DNA of 64,000 nt, from NCBI GenBank assembly GCA_022813865.1, contig JALDZX010000059.1:1-64000 (forward strand). Direction: 5' to 3'. Each line of letters starts with the position of its first letter. The stretch's first letter is position 1. The stretch is from Xylographa opegraphella (Eukaryota). The notes under the pieces are model-generated. The model had not been told where the DNA came from. It saw only the letters and a program-made list of their open reading frames with translations, and did no database searches. This document shows, piece by piece, positions 10,970 through 24,758 of the stretch. The position numbers and the translations under genes were made by a program.

Positions 10970-12753
10970 TCATTGAGCGACTCTCCTCACCCGTGTCTTT
11001 TTCCCTTGGTTCGTGGACTCATCTTCTTCCTCCAGCTGACCCTTTTTCAGGTCTTCCTCTAAACCCCATTCTTCCTTGTCATACCAGTCTTCCCCGTCAC
11101 TCATCTCACCTATATGGCTTTCCGCCTTGCACCATCTAATGACATTCTTTCGCATCCGGTCCGCCTTTAGCAAATATTCATACAATCTCTCCACACCCCT
11201 CACCACCTCTTCCTGCTTTTGCACCCACATCATGAGAATTCTCCGCGTCTCATCGGCTTCGAGAGATGGCAGTCCATAGTCTCGGTCCAGTACTGCAGAA
11301 TGAGGCATCAGATAGAAAGAGTGTATGCAGCCCGCCTCTGAGGTTTCCGGAGACGAAGATCTAGTATGAGAGGAGTGTGTTTTGTCGGAGACTGCTTGGG
11401 CCTGTGCGCGAGTCCTCATTCGACGGGATGGTACCTGGATAAATTCCTTGGCTTCAACTTCGTCAACCAGAGGTGCGCTTCCCGGAGGCTCAGACTCTTC
11501 CTTCGAATGCTTTGATGTGGCACGAGCGCTATGACTTGCTCTTGTCGCCCTTTCAATGCTATTTTCATGACTATCATCAACCTCACTCAGTTCTTGGACG
11601 GAGTCTGTGACCTTCAACTGGTGACTTGAATGTCTATTATGAGTAGAGTCGTTGATTGGTCTCATCCGTGACTCGGCCGCGGGCTCTCCTTCGACATGTG
11701 CAACGAGTTCAGAACCATTTTGCGCAGATGACGGCCTTTTTTGGTTGGTGGCGATTCGGCACTTAGTGACGGGTTGAGCGATCTGGTGGCGTTGACTTGC
11801 TCCAGGAGTCGGGTTTGAAGTTAATATATGCTCCTCAGAGTGAAATGATTTCCCACCGGGAATACCGAAATTGTGCGTTATGACAGTTGCCCTATTATTC
11901 CCATTCCCGGGAGCGTTTTCTTTTGCGCCTTCATGGTTGTTTAGCTGGGTGGGTATAGAATATGAGGTGAATCTATCTTGTATAGTCTCTATGGGGAAGA
12001 GAGTTGCGTGATCAGTCGACAGAAGCCAATCAGCAGGAATGCAGCTCGAATCGCCGCGGAACCTTGTCAATAGATGCTTTACGGTCCAGAGTTTTCTTTT
12101 CTCTTTATGAACCATCTCCGATGTTTGCTGAACCATGTTGGAGAGTGTTGGTGATCGATATGGGATCGACAAGGACGGATGGTTCGGTAGTTCGGCAGCT
12201 GAGCTCAAGGGCATCAGGAGCTCTTCATATACCATGCGTTAGATATCTGGGCAGCGGGAGTCTCCATGGAATGCATCACACCTTCTAGCTTGACATTCCC
12301 GTATGGATTGCTTTCAGTTGCTTCTGCATCGGCTCGCTCATCTACCTCATCATCCTCCAGTTCGTCTCCATATTCGTCATACCGCTTCGGATTTCGTCGA
12401 AGGACAAATCTTGAGTATCCAGCATGTTCGACTTTCTAGTAGTGGTCAGATGAACATCACACAGCTTGCAACCAAATCAGTGTCAAATGTGATAAAGGCA
12501 TACACGTTTGTAGTTCTTTCCTCCGTCCAATCGACCCTCATGTATGAATTGGGACTTTCTCTTCAACTTTTGTCCTCTATTCGATACCTTCACAACAGCG
12601 TCATCGGAGTTCGATGCTTAAAAGAGCATCAGTCTGTAACAGCTTCCTTGTGTGGGGATAAGCAAACTATCGTTACTCACAATCAGAGCGATCGTGTATG
12701 GCCTTCTTCATGCCCAAAATTGTTTCTGCTATTACAGCAGCTTGAGCAGTCAT
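10970..12753 (-). CDS. RXT2: Rpd3L histone deacetylase complex subunit Rxt2-like
   Basis: N-terminus MTAQAAVIAETILGMKKAI..SNRGQKLKR; LLMPLSSAAELPNHPSLS; C-terminus HIGEMSDGEDWYDKEEWGL..DLKKG. Confidence 0.85.
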
Positions 12754-13900
12754 GGTGAGCCGGAAACACTAAATGTATGCTGCTCATGCGGGATTGGATC
12801 TAAGTGGCCAGTATCAGTGCAGGGTCAAATCGTAGACGTGTACCTAGTTAAGTGGCCGAAGGCAGGCGTTGGTCTGTAGGGAGCAGCACAGCCTGACGAC
12901 GAGCGTCTGGGATTCAGCGATACCCTTACTATGATGTCTTTGAGATGCCGCCAGGGATACTCCTCAGAGACTACTTAGGACAGATCCTCGTGATTACAGA
13001 ATAGCTCATACTGCACCTGGCATTTCTAATCACGCCATCTCAAAGGGGCACATCGCTAGGACTCAATCGGGAAGCGGAAAGCTCTAATCGAAAGTTTATT
13101 AATAACATGCCGAGCATGCCTAACACGAGTGTCCAAAACCCATCATAACGCGATCTGCATCAATTGGGCTTTATACATCTGCCTACCGTTAGACTGCCAG
13201 GAGGGATTGGATGTTATGCAGGTGGGTCTTGGAGTGCTCGAGGCATCAGGCTCTCAGGCCTGGTGGTGTTTGCCAACTGAGAGTCCATTGAAATCACTCG
13301 ACTTCCTGCTCGTACTTATTGGCCAACGCAGTTCAGGCTCAATCAACTACAGGAGCTGTGGATGTAAATTCGGTTCTGATCGGTTCGACATATAAAAGTC
13401 TACATTGAAAGCCTATGGACGATCCGAGTACTACAGTCTGCATTGTGTGTGAGGCTGCACCGAAGATAGACTGGCTCTAACGTTACACAAGACCAGGGAG
13501 CGTGCGGTCGTCACATTCCTGGCCGCGTCTACAAGCAAGGGTTGGTCTCTGATGTGCTTCACAATGTGTACGTATGAGAACAATCATCTTCTCTGAAAGA
13601 GAGCCCATGGTCTATTTCATGCTCACTCCTCCGGCTAAGTGGCAGGAATTTCTGGGTAGACTTGTGGCTCTATATGCTTCCGGAGCATGGGCGATAGAAT
13701 GGTCGATATGGTTGTCAGCATGACAGTCAAACGCCACGAAGCTGCGCCTTCCCGTCCGGATCTGAAGCCGACTAACAAGTGCATACACCATCTTCTCGGG
13801 TATCGTGAAGCCTCGTCCAATGGCGTTTGATTCCCATCGTGAAAGTCGATCGGTATGGCTGGGGGAATGCGAGAAATGCAGCAGCCACACACCCTGCATC

Positions 13901-13971
13901 GCGCCCATGCAGCCAGAACTTTGCGCCCATGCAGCCAGAACTTTGCGCCCATGCAGCCAGAACTTTGCGCC
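13901..13971. repeat. 22-bp tandem repeat (GCGCCCATGCAGCCAGAACTTT) x3
   Basis: Three perfect copies plus a partial one, in intergenic DNA. Confidence 0.95.
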
Positions 13972-15275
13972 ACGTATAGCAATGTTTCGCCGTGGATATG
14001 GTCAGGCCTGAGCTCCAAGTCACGAATGACGGGAGGTGTAGATAAGCTACGAACTGCTGGACCGTGCTACCTGCCAGGCCTTTCTCTGCTGTAAGAGGAA
14101 TGGAGGTTGTTACACAACGAATTCAAGAGAAGTATGGGCGCTCTGGTACTACATTGGTGTAATGGCCCCCCTATGTACCTATATATTCGCACTGTTCAAC
14201 ATATACAGCACACTTTTCACTTCTTACCTTTGGATATGATTTTCCCGCACTGAAGCAGAACAATAGCTGGGGACTTTTTGTGTAAGTTGTTTGGCACCTC
14301 GTGTATTGAGCACGGGATCCGAGATGACGGATTCGGTAAGGGAAACCGAGAACGGTCAGTCGGTTAGCAACGTAGAACCCAAATGCGGCCTCTTCCAATG
14401 AGTCTAGATATATAACTTCTTTAGTTATAAGTTCTATGAAAAATTAGTAAACAAAGAGGAGTCATTCGGCCCTGGCAGTTCCACCGCAGGGAGACAACAC
14501 TTAGAACGGAACCAATCGAGACACAAAGAGAGACGTGAAACAGTCACCCGCTTTGGGACCACGCAAGTGGAACAAGCAGTTGTCGCGGGTACTGCTTGGG
14601 CGCTGACTTCGCTTGCCCCGTCTTCTCTACCCGGAAACTGCGCAGTGTGAGCCAAGTGCGGTCTGCGGTGCAGCTTTCCGTGAGTGGTTCTTCCCATTCC
14701 ACGGCTTGACATACATCTCCTAACCACGTTAGAAGCAAACTAGTCTTCTCCTTTACATCCAATTTCACAAAACGATTCAGCTGCGAGACTTACCAGTGAA
14801 CCTAATCAGGTCTTCTTGCCGATTCTCCCAAAACCTTACGACCTTGACTGGCCCTGATCAAACTTGAGGCTCACGAAAGTCGGCCAGCTTCCTCGCGCCA
14901 GAAGACTTGTGGATGCGACCAACCTTCCAGGGCGATTTCCTGCCGATTCTTTGCTTGTGGTGACCTCGTACTCAATTCGCAATATATCGTATTAGCTTCT
15001 TATGGCTAGGTTTTTGTGAGGAAGCGCAGAATTTGTTTACCTCCTAGTTGTTGACCAGAATACCTCCGTGTCGTCCATCAGTGTCAATTAGGCTATTGTT
15101 TGGATTGGGTAGCCTTAGGAAACGGTCTAGCACCTATTTCGGTATTGTCCGACAATACAAAATATTGAGAACGATACCAAGTGAACCATCTTGGAAAATA
15201 TCATCTGTGGTACACACAGTGATTGATATCATTTTGGCGAGGCAGTTTCACTCGTCAGCCCTGAAAAGAGGCGCT

Positions 15276-17013
15276 ATGTCCATTGAGTCAATATCCGACC
15301 AGCGTCTCCCTTCGCCGCCCCCATCGGTGGAAGGAGAATACTATCCTGGAATTGATCGAATAATGGAACACAATGCTGACGCGCCCCTCATGTCTGGACA
15401 GTATGCCCAGGATGGTGGTGCATACGTACATTCTGGCCAAAGCACAACATATGGGTCCGCTGATGGAAATCACTGGATGGTCGATACATACGGCAATGAT
15501 CCATATCAGCGCCAGGAAGTGGGCCTGGGCATTGGTTATGTCAGTGCGAATTCCGACTTGCTGTTCATTGAGCCAGAGACTGACAGTTATCTAAGGATTG
15601 GTACAGCAGTCCAACTACCTCGCACAACCAGAATGGTCCGTATCATACCAATTCGGGCTCCTCAGTAAGTAGTTCGTTCGTTCATTCGTGCAAGGCCAGT
15701 TCTGACGCAATCCACAGTACCTTGATCAGCGCTTCACCGCTGTCTCTCCACCTACACCTTCTGCATCCGACATGAGTGCTGGTGAGCATATGACCACGAG
15801 AAGCGGAAGACCATTAGCGCTGAGCGAGTCGATACGAGCGCCGAAGTTTGCTGCTCAAGATAGAACCGGAACAACAGGCTCGACCAGAGTCAAGAAGACT
15901 TCGAAGCAGAATAAGAGCGAAAGGCCGAAAGTTCCGAAATTGGACGCGCCATTGAGCGAACTGACCAAAGACTACGATCATGTCCCTGTGAAAAACATGG
16001 AAGAGTGGGTCAACAGGTCGGCAGAGGTAAGGAATAAAGAGGTCGAAAAGAGAAATGGGTATGTGACTCGTCCAATGAATTCTTTCATGCTTTATCGGTC
16101 CGCCTATGCAGAGAGGACCAAGATCTGGTGTCTACAAAACAATCATCAGGTCGTTTCCTCTGTCTCGGGCGAAAGTTGGCCCATGGAGCCACCACACATC
16201 CGAGAGCAATTCAATGAGTATGCACGTATTGAAAGAGACAATCATCAGAAAGCGCATCCGGGCTACAAGTTCTCGCCTAGTAAGTCGCAGAACTCCTCAC
16301 GTAAGCGGAAAGGGATAAATGCGGAAACCGCCGACGACGACGCAAGTGATCAGCACGATCTAGACTTTGACTGGAGACCTGCTGGTGAACGGCGGCTTAG
16401 AGTGAAATCAACCAAGAGACCAGGAAGAGAAGCAGGTTACCCCGTTAACAGCACGCTATATAACGAGTTAGGATATGACATGCAGAACACAGCTCCAGGA
16501 TTGAATAGGTCATCGTACCAGGTCACAAATCCGGGAAAGCCTTTACCCGCAGCCATGAGCGATCGCGATATGTACGGTCAGTATTATCAGACCGAAACGT
16601 ACCAACGCTTCAACGATTCCAACATCCAAGATATCCTGATTCGCCGTACGGACGGTCCAGGCATGCTATTGGAAGCCGCACCACCAGTCGTAGGGCTTCC
16701 TGGCGCTCATCATTACGAGCTGCTGAACCACGATCCACGAGGACTTGATGGAAACATGGGCGATTCCCAAGTGGACCCCCTTCTCCGATTCGACGCCAAA
16801 TATCTGCAACAGTCTGGTAGCTTCATCTCCGAGCAGCAGTTTAAAGAATTCAACGAGGACATGCTGTTTGGCACCACACCACAAATCTATGAACAAGTTA
16901 ACTCGGGAGAGAATTTTCACGCCGAGCAAAACCCATGGCAATACACAGAACAACCAAATAAAGAAGCCGACGAGGACTTTGCAAGATGGATGGAGGAAAA
17001 CAATGACAGATGA
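15276..17013 (+). CDS. Sequence-specific MATA/Ste11-type HMG-box transcription factor (not at a MAT locus), 3 exons
   Basis: PLSELTKD..WVNRSAEVR..VTRPMNSFMLYRSAY..NNHQVVSSVSGESWPMEP..HQKAHPGYKFSP. Introns about 15540-15595 and 15666-15717. Confidence 0.88.
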
Positions 17014-17732
17014 ACACCGGATATCAATTTTTGGGAAATTGTAGGCGTTTCAGGTGGAATCTGGTGGGCGGCAAGTTGGTGGTATTTTGATGCCGATTCG
17101 TGGCGTAGAGCTGTTGTTGTATTGACAGCTGACAGCCACCGAAAGTGGCTCAGTGGATAGCTCTCGCATTCGTCGGCAGAGCGCATTATTGCGGGGCAAT
17201 GGTCGAGTTTGAACAGTTCAGCATATGAGCTAAGTCCATATCAGACATTGTGCAACAAGCCATCTGAAAAGTCCGTGGACTCGCAGTCTTTGATACTTGA
17301 AAGCCTGTGGTTCCTCACCAGAGGGAGAGACACGAAGAGAGAGGCTCACTACCTTAATGAACAATTACAGCCACCAACGGGTAGCAGCAGGAGAGTGCTA
17401 TTGTTTGGAGTCATTGACGCATCCCTGCAGCGCAACCGAGGTAGATGCTGCTTGAAAACAACCAGCCGATGTAATGTCAAAAATACTACGAGTATGTAGA
17501 AATGTATCCGTCATCTGTGATAAAGATGCATGGAATTCGGCACTCTAGCCCGAACCAGCTTGGGTGCTCCGTTAGGTGCTCAGTAAGGTAAGGTAAGGTA
17601 GTCTACCTAGGTAGGTACTGTACCTAGCTTGATGCTTGTACTTGAGATCACCACCAAGCATTCCAACCTCCACTTGTAGCTTGAGAGACAGACGAAGCTG
17701 CAGAAAACGTAGGTTCTACGGCGTAGGATCTG

Positions 17733-18469
17733 ATGTACGGCGAACTAGGCCTAAAGCTGGTGTGCTACTCCAATTGCTCCGTATTACTACGATAGCTCAC
17801 GCAGCCTAAAGGTTCAGCATGCCAAACGAATTCAAACCCTGGGTCATCTGCCCTCATATCAGACAGAGATCGTCCGTGCTGTTGCTCGTGAGGTTCGGGA
17901 ATTAGACAAAGACGTGGCACAAATCCTAGCTCCTTGCCAAGGGTCGTTCGATCCGTCTCGTGATCCAGCTACTGCAGTTTCCCTACTCGTGGATTACCTA
18001 TGCATGCGTCGCAACAAGCGATGTCTACTTGCCTATCACCGGGTGCGTGTGGATAGGCTGGAGAAGGGGTGTTGGAATGGACAAGACATTCTGAGCCCAG
18101 CGCAATCGCCTAAGCAAAGAAACGCCATCGATTCTGAAGGTACAACTTCGAGCTCTCTAAGTCCAGAAGAAGAAGAATATCTGGGACGGTATAGGGATAT
18201 GCTTGCGGCATACAGTGGACAGTGGACCGATATCGATCTGACAGGAAATTTAGAGCCCCCTCGGGATCTGTTCATTGACGTGCGAGTCTTGAAGGATGCT
18301 GGGGACATCCAAACCGAATATGGGTATGTTTGATTTGAGTGCGATATGGCTTGACATCACTCAAAGATCTTACAGTACCATTACCTTGACGAAAAACAGC
18401 CAATTCTACGTGAGACAGGGGGATGTGGAGCGTCTCGTTGCGCAAGGATTTCTGCAGAAGCTCAGTTGA
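17733..18469 (+). CDS. PSF1: GINS complex subunit Psf1, 3 exons
   Basis: MYGELGLKL|VQHAKR; MRRNKRCLLAYHRVR; LEPPRDLFIDVRVLKDAGDIQTEYG|TITLTKNSQFYVRQGDVERLVAQGFL. Confidence 0.95.
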
Positions 18470-19585
18470 AAGGCAGCATTTCCGATTCATTGAGAGGCCG
18501 AACATCATCTCTTCAGTACTGAGCTATGGCAACTGCAATCGCACGATTCTTTGTAAGGCGAGTGGTTATGCAACACTTTCGAAACTATGGGAAAGCCGTT
18601 GGCTTCGATGGCTTAGAAATTGAAAGTTCGAATGCAAAACCACATGATACGACACGGGTGATAGAAAGTTAACCTTGCATGCAGCTGTCCTATCGGGATG
18701 AGTGCAGGTGTCGAAAGCTCACGAGGTGGGACTTGATCGCCCGGCGAGATAGCCGGAAGCATTCACAAGTGAAGCGGAGAAGAGCTTCAGTGGATGCTTG
18801 AAGTGGGGCTTTTGAATGGAGAGAGCTACGAAATTTTGATGTCGTCGACCATGCTCTGGCTCTCACACTCGGACACATAAGGATCCCGCAAGTCGTCAAG
18901 CCAGTTTGACTGTATGCCGTATGCCTGCGAGATTACACAGGCTGTATGACTGCGGCGATATTGATTCGAGAAAGGATCCAAGATACTACAGAGGCTGGAG
19001 CCAGTTGAGCGTACGCCAAGAAGGACGGCAGTCTGGTTGATGCGCATACAACTACCTACTCCTACTTCACACATCGTCCCGATCACTGCAACCCCTCAGC
19101 GCGGTGCCGGCTTGCTATTATTGCCGTGAGCAGTTGCTGTAAATAGTAATCCGTTTGATTGCTTTGGTTGCAAACAACAGGCGTTGTGAGAATACAACAA
19201 TAATTAGGTGTAAGCCAGTTGGCGGCACAGAATTCTTTACGTAGTGCTATACTAGCTCGACTAGGTACCGTAATTGGCCCCTCGGCTATGTCGGCCGGAC
19301 CCCGCTAATAAAGGCATCTTTAATCGTCGAGGAAAGTACAAGAAAATCTTGGGGCTGACTCCAACTCCGCCGCGCTTTTATCTTTTGGTCCTCGTGCTGC
19401 TTCCCTTTCCTACATGTTCATGGCAAGAATCTCGGTATCTCCCTTTCCTATTAGCCATCATTTGCTAGCGTGACAATTGTAAGATTTCCATATCCAATGA
19501 TCTCACTGGGAACGACAGGGTATGCTAGTGGTTCCAAGAGATTCCATTGAATGGTATCAGGCACATCATTGCCTCGGTCCAAATC

Positions 19586-22500
19586 ATGTCATCTTTCACT
19601 TCGGCGCGACAGTGGAATGGGTTGCGCTTGGCAAAGGTTATGCGGTCTGTAGACGATTCTAGTGATGCCGAGGACTCGCAGAACACAACATCCCGCCAGA
19701 CGGATGTCCGATCCCAAGGTAGCTTCAGAACTCGGGGAGAATCTTCACCGGTGCGGACTTCGTTCTCGTCTTCGTTGAATCAGGCCACTCCAGCTAGGTC
19801 CTATTTTCAAAGGGCCTATCATGCCACAGCAGGTGCGTGTTCTCCGTGAACTACTCCTACCCAAGCCGGAACTGATCTATTCTAGCTCCGCAGAACGTCA
19901 CTCATACTTCCTCAAGCAGCGTTCGCGAGGACACGGCTGAATTAGCTTCAAGGGCGCTCTCAGATGTCGGGTCTATACGAAGCCGCACTCCCCCAACCCA
20001 CCATACTTCTTATGTGGTGGACTCGGCTCCCGCTATTTCAGAATTATTGCTTGATGAGCCTTTCGAACCCACTATAGCAGTTGATAGAAACGATGCAGAG
20101 TACCCGGCCGTTATAGAGGAAGTTTCGGAACCAGTGTCTCCAGAAATGCGGTCGTCATCGCAGAGCAAATCGGCCACCGCCTCAATTCTTTCGAACATGA
20201 TGATTAGGATGCCATCATCAACAGATGAGGATCAACTTTCAAGCAATCGCAGACGCGGACATGGCTACTCAGGTGTTCGAGTTCAAGATACAAGGAACGA
20301 AGAGCTCTCTCAAAATCATGAGAGGACGCCACTTCTACGTAGCAAGTCTATCCGTGCATCCCAGGAATACCAGGACTACTCCTCCTTCCGTGATCTTGAG
20401 AGCTTGGGACAGGGCCGCGAAGGTAATCTCGCTAATCATCAGCAGAACATTTCCAGCAGTAGAGAACAGAGTATTCAAACCGCTAGCGTCCAGTTCAATC
20501 CAAGGACGTGGAATCGACGAAAGGTCTGGCACGTCATTGTACTTAGACCGGTTGGATATGTTCCTGCAATTGCACTAGGTTTGCTCCTCAACATTCTGGA
20601 TGCGCTTTCATATGGTATTCTTCATCAACACAATGCTATTGCGTCGAATGGCTAATGATTCAAGGTTTAATTCTCTTCCCATTGGGCTCGGTCGTCTTCG
20701 AGGGTTGTGAGTTTACGAAAGTCATAACCAGTAGAATCTTGCTAACAAGTGAAGTGGGACCCGACGGGATCTCCATGTTCTACATCAGCTGCATTGTTTC
20801 TCAGCTGGTCTACAGTCTTGGAGGCAGCATCTTTAAGGGCGGGGTCGGGTCCGAAATGATCGAGGTCGTACCATTCTTCCACAAAATGGCCTTTACCATC
20901 TTGGCTCGGATTGGTGAGGATAATCCTAAATCTGTTATTGCGACTACGGTTCTTTCGTACTCACTGAGCTCCATATTGACGGGTGCTGCCTTCTATCTCA
21001 TGGGTAGACTGAAATTGGGCTCTTTAATTGGATTCTTCCCTCGACACATTTTGGTTGGATGCATTGGCGGGGTCGGATGGTTCCTTGTGGCAACTGGACT
21101 CGAAGTATCTGCACGTCTTGATGGAAACCTCGAGTATAACATGGGGACTCTTTTGAAACTCATACAGCTTGACACAGTACTTCTCTGGACGATACCTTTG
21201 GTTCTATCCGTCGCACTACTTGTTACAAAGCGTTGGGTCCAGCATCCCCTGACAGACGCCATCTACTTTATGTCAATTATTTGCATCTTCTACTTCTTTG
21301 TTGCTGCTATACCACAGCTCAACTTTGAGGACTTACGCTCGAGAGGCTGGATCTTTGAGGCCCCTGAAGCTGGAATACCATTCTACCATTTCTATAGTCT
21401 TTATGACTTTCGAGCCGTCAACTGGAAGGCCCTTGGATCCACAGTTCCTGCGATGTGTGCACTGACATTTTTTGGACTTCTTCATGTCCCTATAAACATA
21501 CCTGCACTAGCAATGTCCACTGATGAAGACAACTTGGATCTTAATCGTGAACTGAGGGCTCATGGCTTGTCTAATGCCTTGTCGGGATTATGCGGGAGTA
21601 TCCAGAATTACCTTGTATACACGAATACCGTTTTATTTATGCGAAGTGGAGGCGATAGCAGGATTGCTGGAGTATTGTCCGTTACCCCCCTGTTCCCACG
21701 AATCCACTAATTTGATCACAGATTGGCTGTGGCGACGTTTGGTATACTTATCACTGGCCCAGTGCTCATAGGCTTCATACCTATTATGGTCGTCGGTGCA
21801 TTGATATTTTTTCTTGGCTTCGAACTTATGAGGGAAGCACTGGTCAATACATGGGGCAGGGTGAATCGACTGGAGTATCTTACAGTAAGCCATCGTCTTG
21901 TCCGAAGATGCCAAATGAAGCTAATAACGTGCAGATCCTGATAATTGTGGTTACAATGGGTGCTTACGACTTCGTTGTCGGCATTTTTGTTGGTATTGTC
22001 TTAGCTTGTATGAGCTTCGTCATTCAGACATCTCAGATATCGGCGATTAGAAAAATAATAGATGGCCAAACTGCAAGTTCAACAGTCCGTAGACATGCTC
22101 TTCAACGCCATTTCCTCAGACAGGTTGGGCATCAAATTTTTGTGATGAAACTTGCCGGTTATCTTTTTGTACGTGGGAGTAGCATCTATCTGTTGTGAGC
22201 CTTCAACTGACTCTGCGAGAAAGTTTGGTACTATTGTGGGTGTGGAGAATCGGATTCGGGCTCTCCTCCATGACGACGTGTTCGCCTGTCAGCCTATTCG
22301 TTTCATAATCCTTGACCTCTCAAAGGTAGATGGAGTCGATTTTTCGGCAGCCGAAGCTTTCCCGCGCATTAATCGGATCTTGCATATGAGGGACGTTCAG
22401 TTGTTAATGTCTGGTATGACCTTGAATGGCAGTATTAGAACAAGCCTATACAATCTAGGACTTCTGCGAGATGATGACGGAGTTGAGGTGTTTGAAGACC

Positions 22501-23288
22501 TTAATTCGGCACTGGAATTCTGTGAAAATGATCTATTAAAAACGCTCTATCACTATGGTGATCCGGCTCGCCCTCCCGGACCAAATACGGTCGTTGTTGG
22601 TATGTTTTAACCCTATCAGCACTTTGAAAAGCTACTTAACCTAACATAGATATTCCGAACCCAACAAAGCCGCAATTTTCAGGGGAAATTACTTTCAACT
22701 CCCCTCGCAGAGATCACCTTCGGAATATGGCTGCAACTACACTTCGAGAACAACAGAAGTCCATGGCGAATACAAATGCGGAACAATATGAGCAGCCATT
22801 GCAGTTAATGCTCTTCGCTTTTTATAACTTTTCGAGTAAAGACACTAGCTTTTGGACGCGTGTGACACCCTACTTCACACAGCGCGAGTATGGTCAGGGA
22901 ACCACGCTGTATAGCCGAGCTGACCAGGCCGACGGATTTTACATTCTCCAGACGGGTATTTTGAGAGCCGAATACATTTTGGACCAAGGCACATATTCGG
23001 AGCTGATCGTGTCTGGCACGACATGTGGCGAGCTGCCATTTTTCTCCGGCACTACTCGAACCTCTACTACTACTGCGGATACCGATTGTGTGACGTGGGT
23101 GTTGAACAAAACCAAATGGGAAAAGATGCAGAAGGAAGAGCCGGATGTTGCGCAAGAGTTATTGAAGATATCCTTAAAACTCACGAGCGAACGGATGGAT
23201 GCTATCACGAAGTAATGAGACCCTTCGTTCTTCTCAGGTGACCATACGAAGCTAACAAGATTGTAGATATATGCTCACAAGTGGATAG
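19586..23288 (+). CDS. SLC26/SulP-family transporter with STAS and cNMP-binding domains (yeast Vsb1/YGR125W-like), multi-exon
   Basis: LGLLLNILDALSYG; GSEMIEVVPFFH; ALTFFGLLHVPINIPALA; GSIQNYLVYTN; STAS DFSAAEAF..EDLNSALEFCEN; cNMP-like GTTCGELPFFS; ends SERMDAITKYMLTSG*. Confidence 0.92.
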
Positions 23289-24758
23289 CTGGCGGACGCA
23301 TGCGATGGAAGGACTGCAGATCGCCATGGTTCTATGAATTGTGCACGGTTGCCCGCATGGCGTTGAGGCTACCGATCGGTGCATCTTCCTGGAGATGGGG
23401 GAACGGCTTGGGCTTGGCTATTTTCGAGATACCCTTGGGTGCGACTTCCTTTCATATTGATAGCAATCCACCTTGCTGCCAGCCTGTCACGCAAAGCAGA
23501 CTCCTCGGCCCTCGCGCGCGGGTGTTGTCCATCAAGCTCCATCCGGCATGGTTGCCTTGTAGCTGTAAGCGGGATCTCTACTTGAGCGCATCCGGGGATC
23601 GTAGTACGGAACACGTGATTCCAGTCCGGTCCAGCCATGGCCATGCTTGGAGAGCTCCAAGCAATTACCTCGACCTCCGCGTGGAGCCTGGAAAGGATAT
23701 CATACACAGTACGTAAGTACTCGGTACTTTGGTATTCGAACGAACTTGGATGGCGCGACCTCGCTCGAGACAGACCGATCATCCCAACACCCGGCAGGTG
23801 GCAGGTGGCAGGTGGCAATGGGCCGCGGCCACGGTGTGTGAGGGTGTTAGCCCGTGAGTAGTGGTGATTCCGGACAGGGAGTCGCCATCTAGGATCCTGC
23901 AGGCCATCAGACGACAGGTCTGCTGAGCTGTGGTCGCATGACCGTTGGGGACGATAGGTACGGATACCGATAACGATCTTCCTGAACGGTACCGCCTTTC
24001 CAGTTAGAGTAGCAGTAATATATTACCTTTGCACTACCCACCCATACTACCTTATGGTACATACCGACCTCAGTACTCCATCGCAGAGGCAGTAGGTGCC
24101 TAGCCCGGCTCACGGCGCCCTGTCGCGAAAGGACAAACGGTCGTGTGGCGAAGGAACGAAACGAGCCTGACCGAGTTACGGATTCCCGAACTCGAATGTC
24201 CCAGGGTGGATCCTACCCTGTCAAACGGCGTTGCTCTGCTCGCAGAGACCGTGTCGTCTACGTACTGTGTACTTACCTCCGTACCCACGTCGTCGGTAGG
24301 TACTTGGAAAGCGCGGTCGTGTGCGTTGGAGCGCAAGACAAGAGGTGGGCTGGATCCTTACTAACGTACGTTCCGAGGGCAGCGCTGAGATCGATTGGTG
24401 GCTTCTGCCCGCCGTAAAATTGATGGGGGATGGCACTAATAAGAATGGGGGACCGAGCTTAGAGGCCTGCATCCCGAACCAGCCTTGGCGAGATTATATT
24501 ACTCCAGCCCCGAGGCCAACTAGCGTCCCTCCCTTCTCTGAAACGAATTTCCCATAAATCTCTCCTGGAAACCTCGTACTCGAACATTATTTCTGTCCTG
24601 CCGTTGCTCGACATTCCCCTTCGCAGCGTCCGGCTCAAAGTCCAAGTGCCTGCTCTTGTGATACTCCATCTCTACGTCTGCACTGTTTGTTTACTTCAAC
24701 AACATAGGACGTTATTCAGCTCAACGCGTCGCCACCACCGCCAGATCAAACCTTCAAG

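Noticed and set aside
15276..17013. HMG-box gene as the mating-type gene MAT1-2-1
   Set aside because: No APN2/SLA2 neighbours, no intron within the HMG box, and the PLSELTK..NRS..NNHQVVS signature fits a non-MAT HMG family.
23300..24750. Many overlapping short ORFs here, and at 13100-14800, 27100-28700 and 30800-31780
   Set aside because: No recognisable domains or coherent splice models. These look like GC-balanced UTR or promoter DNA.
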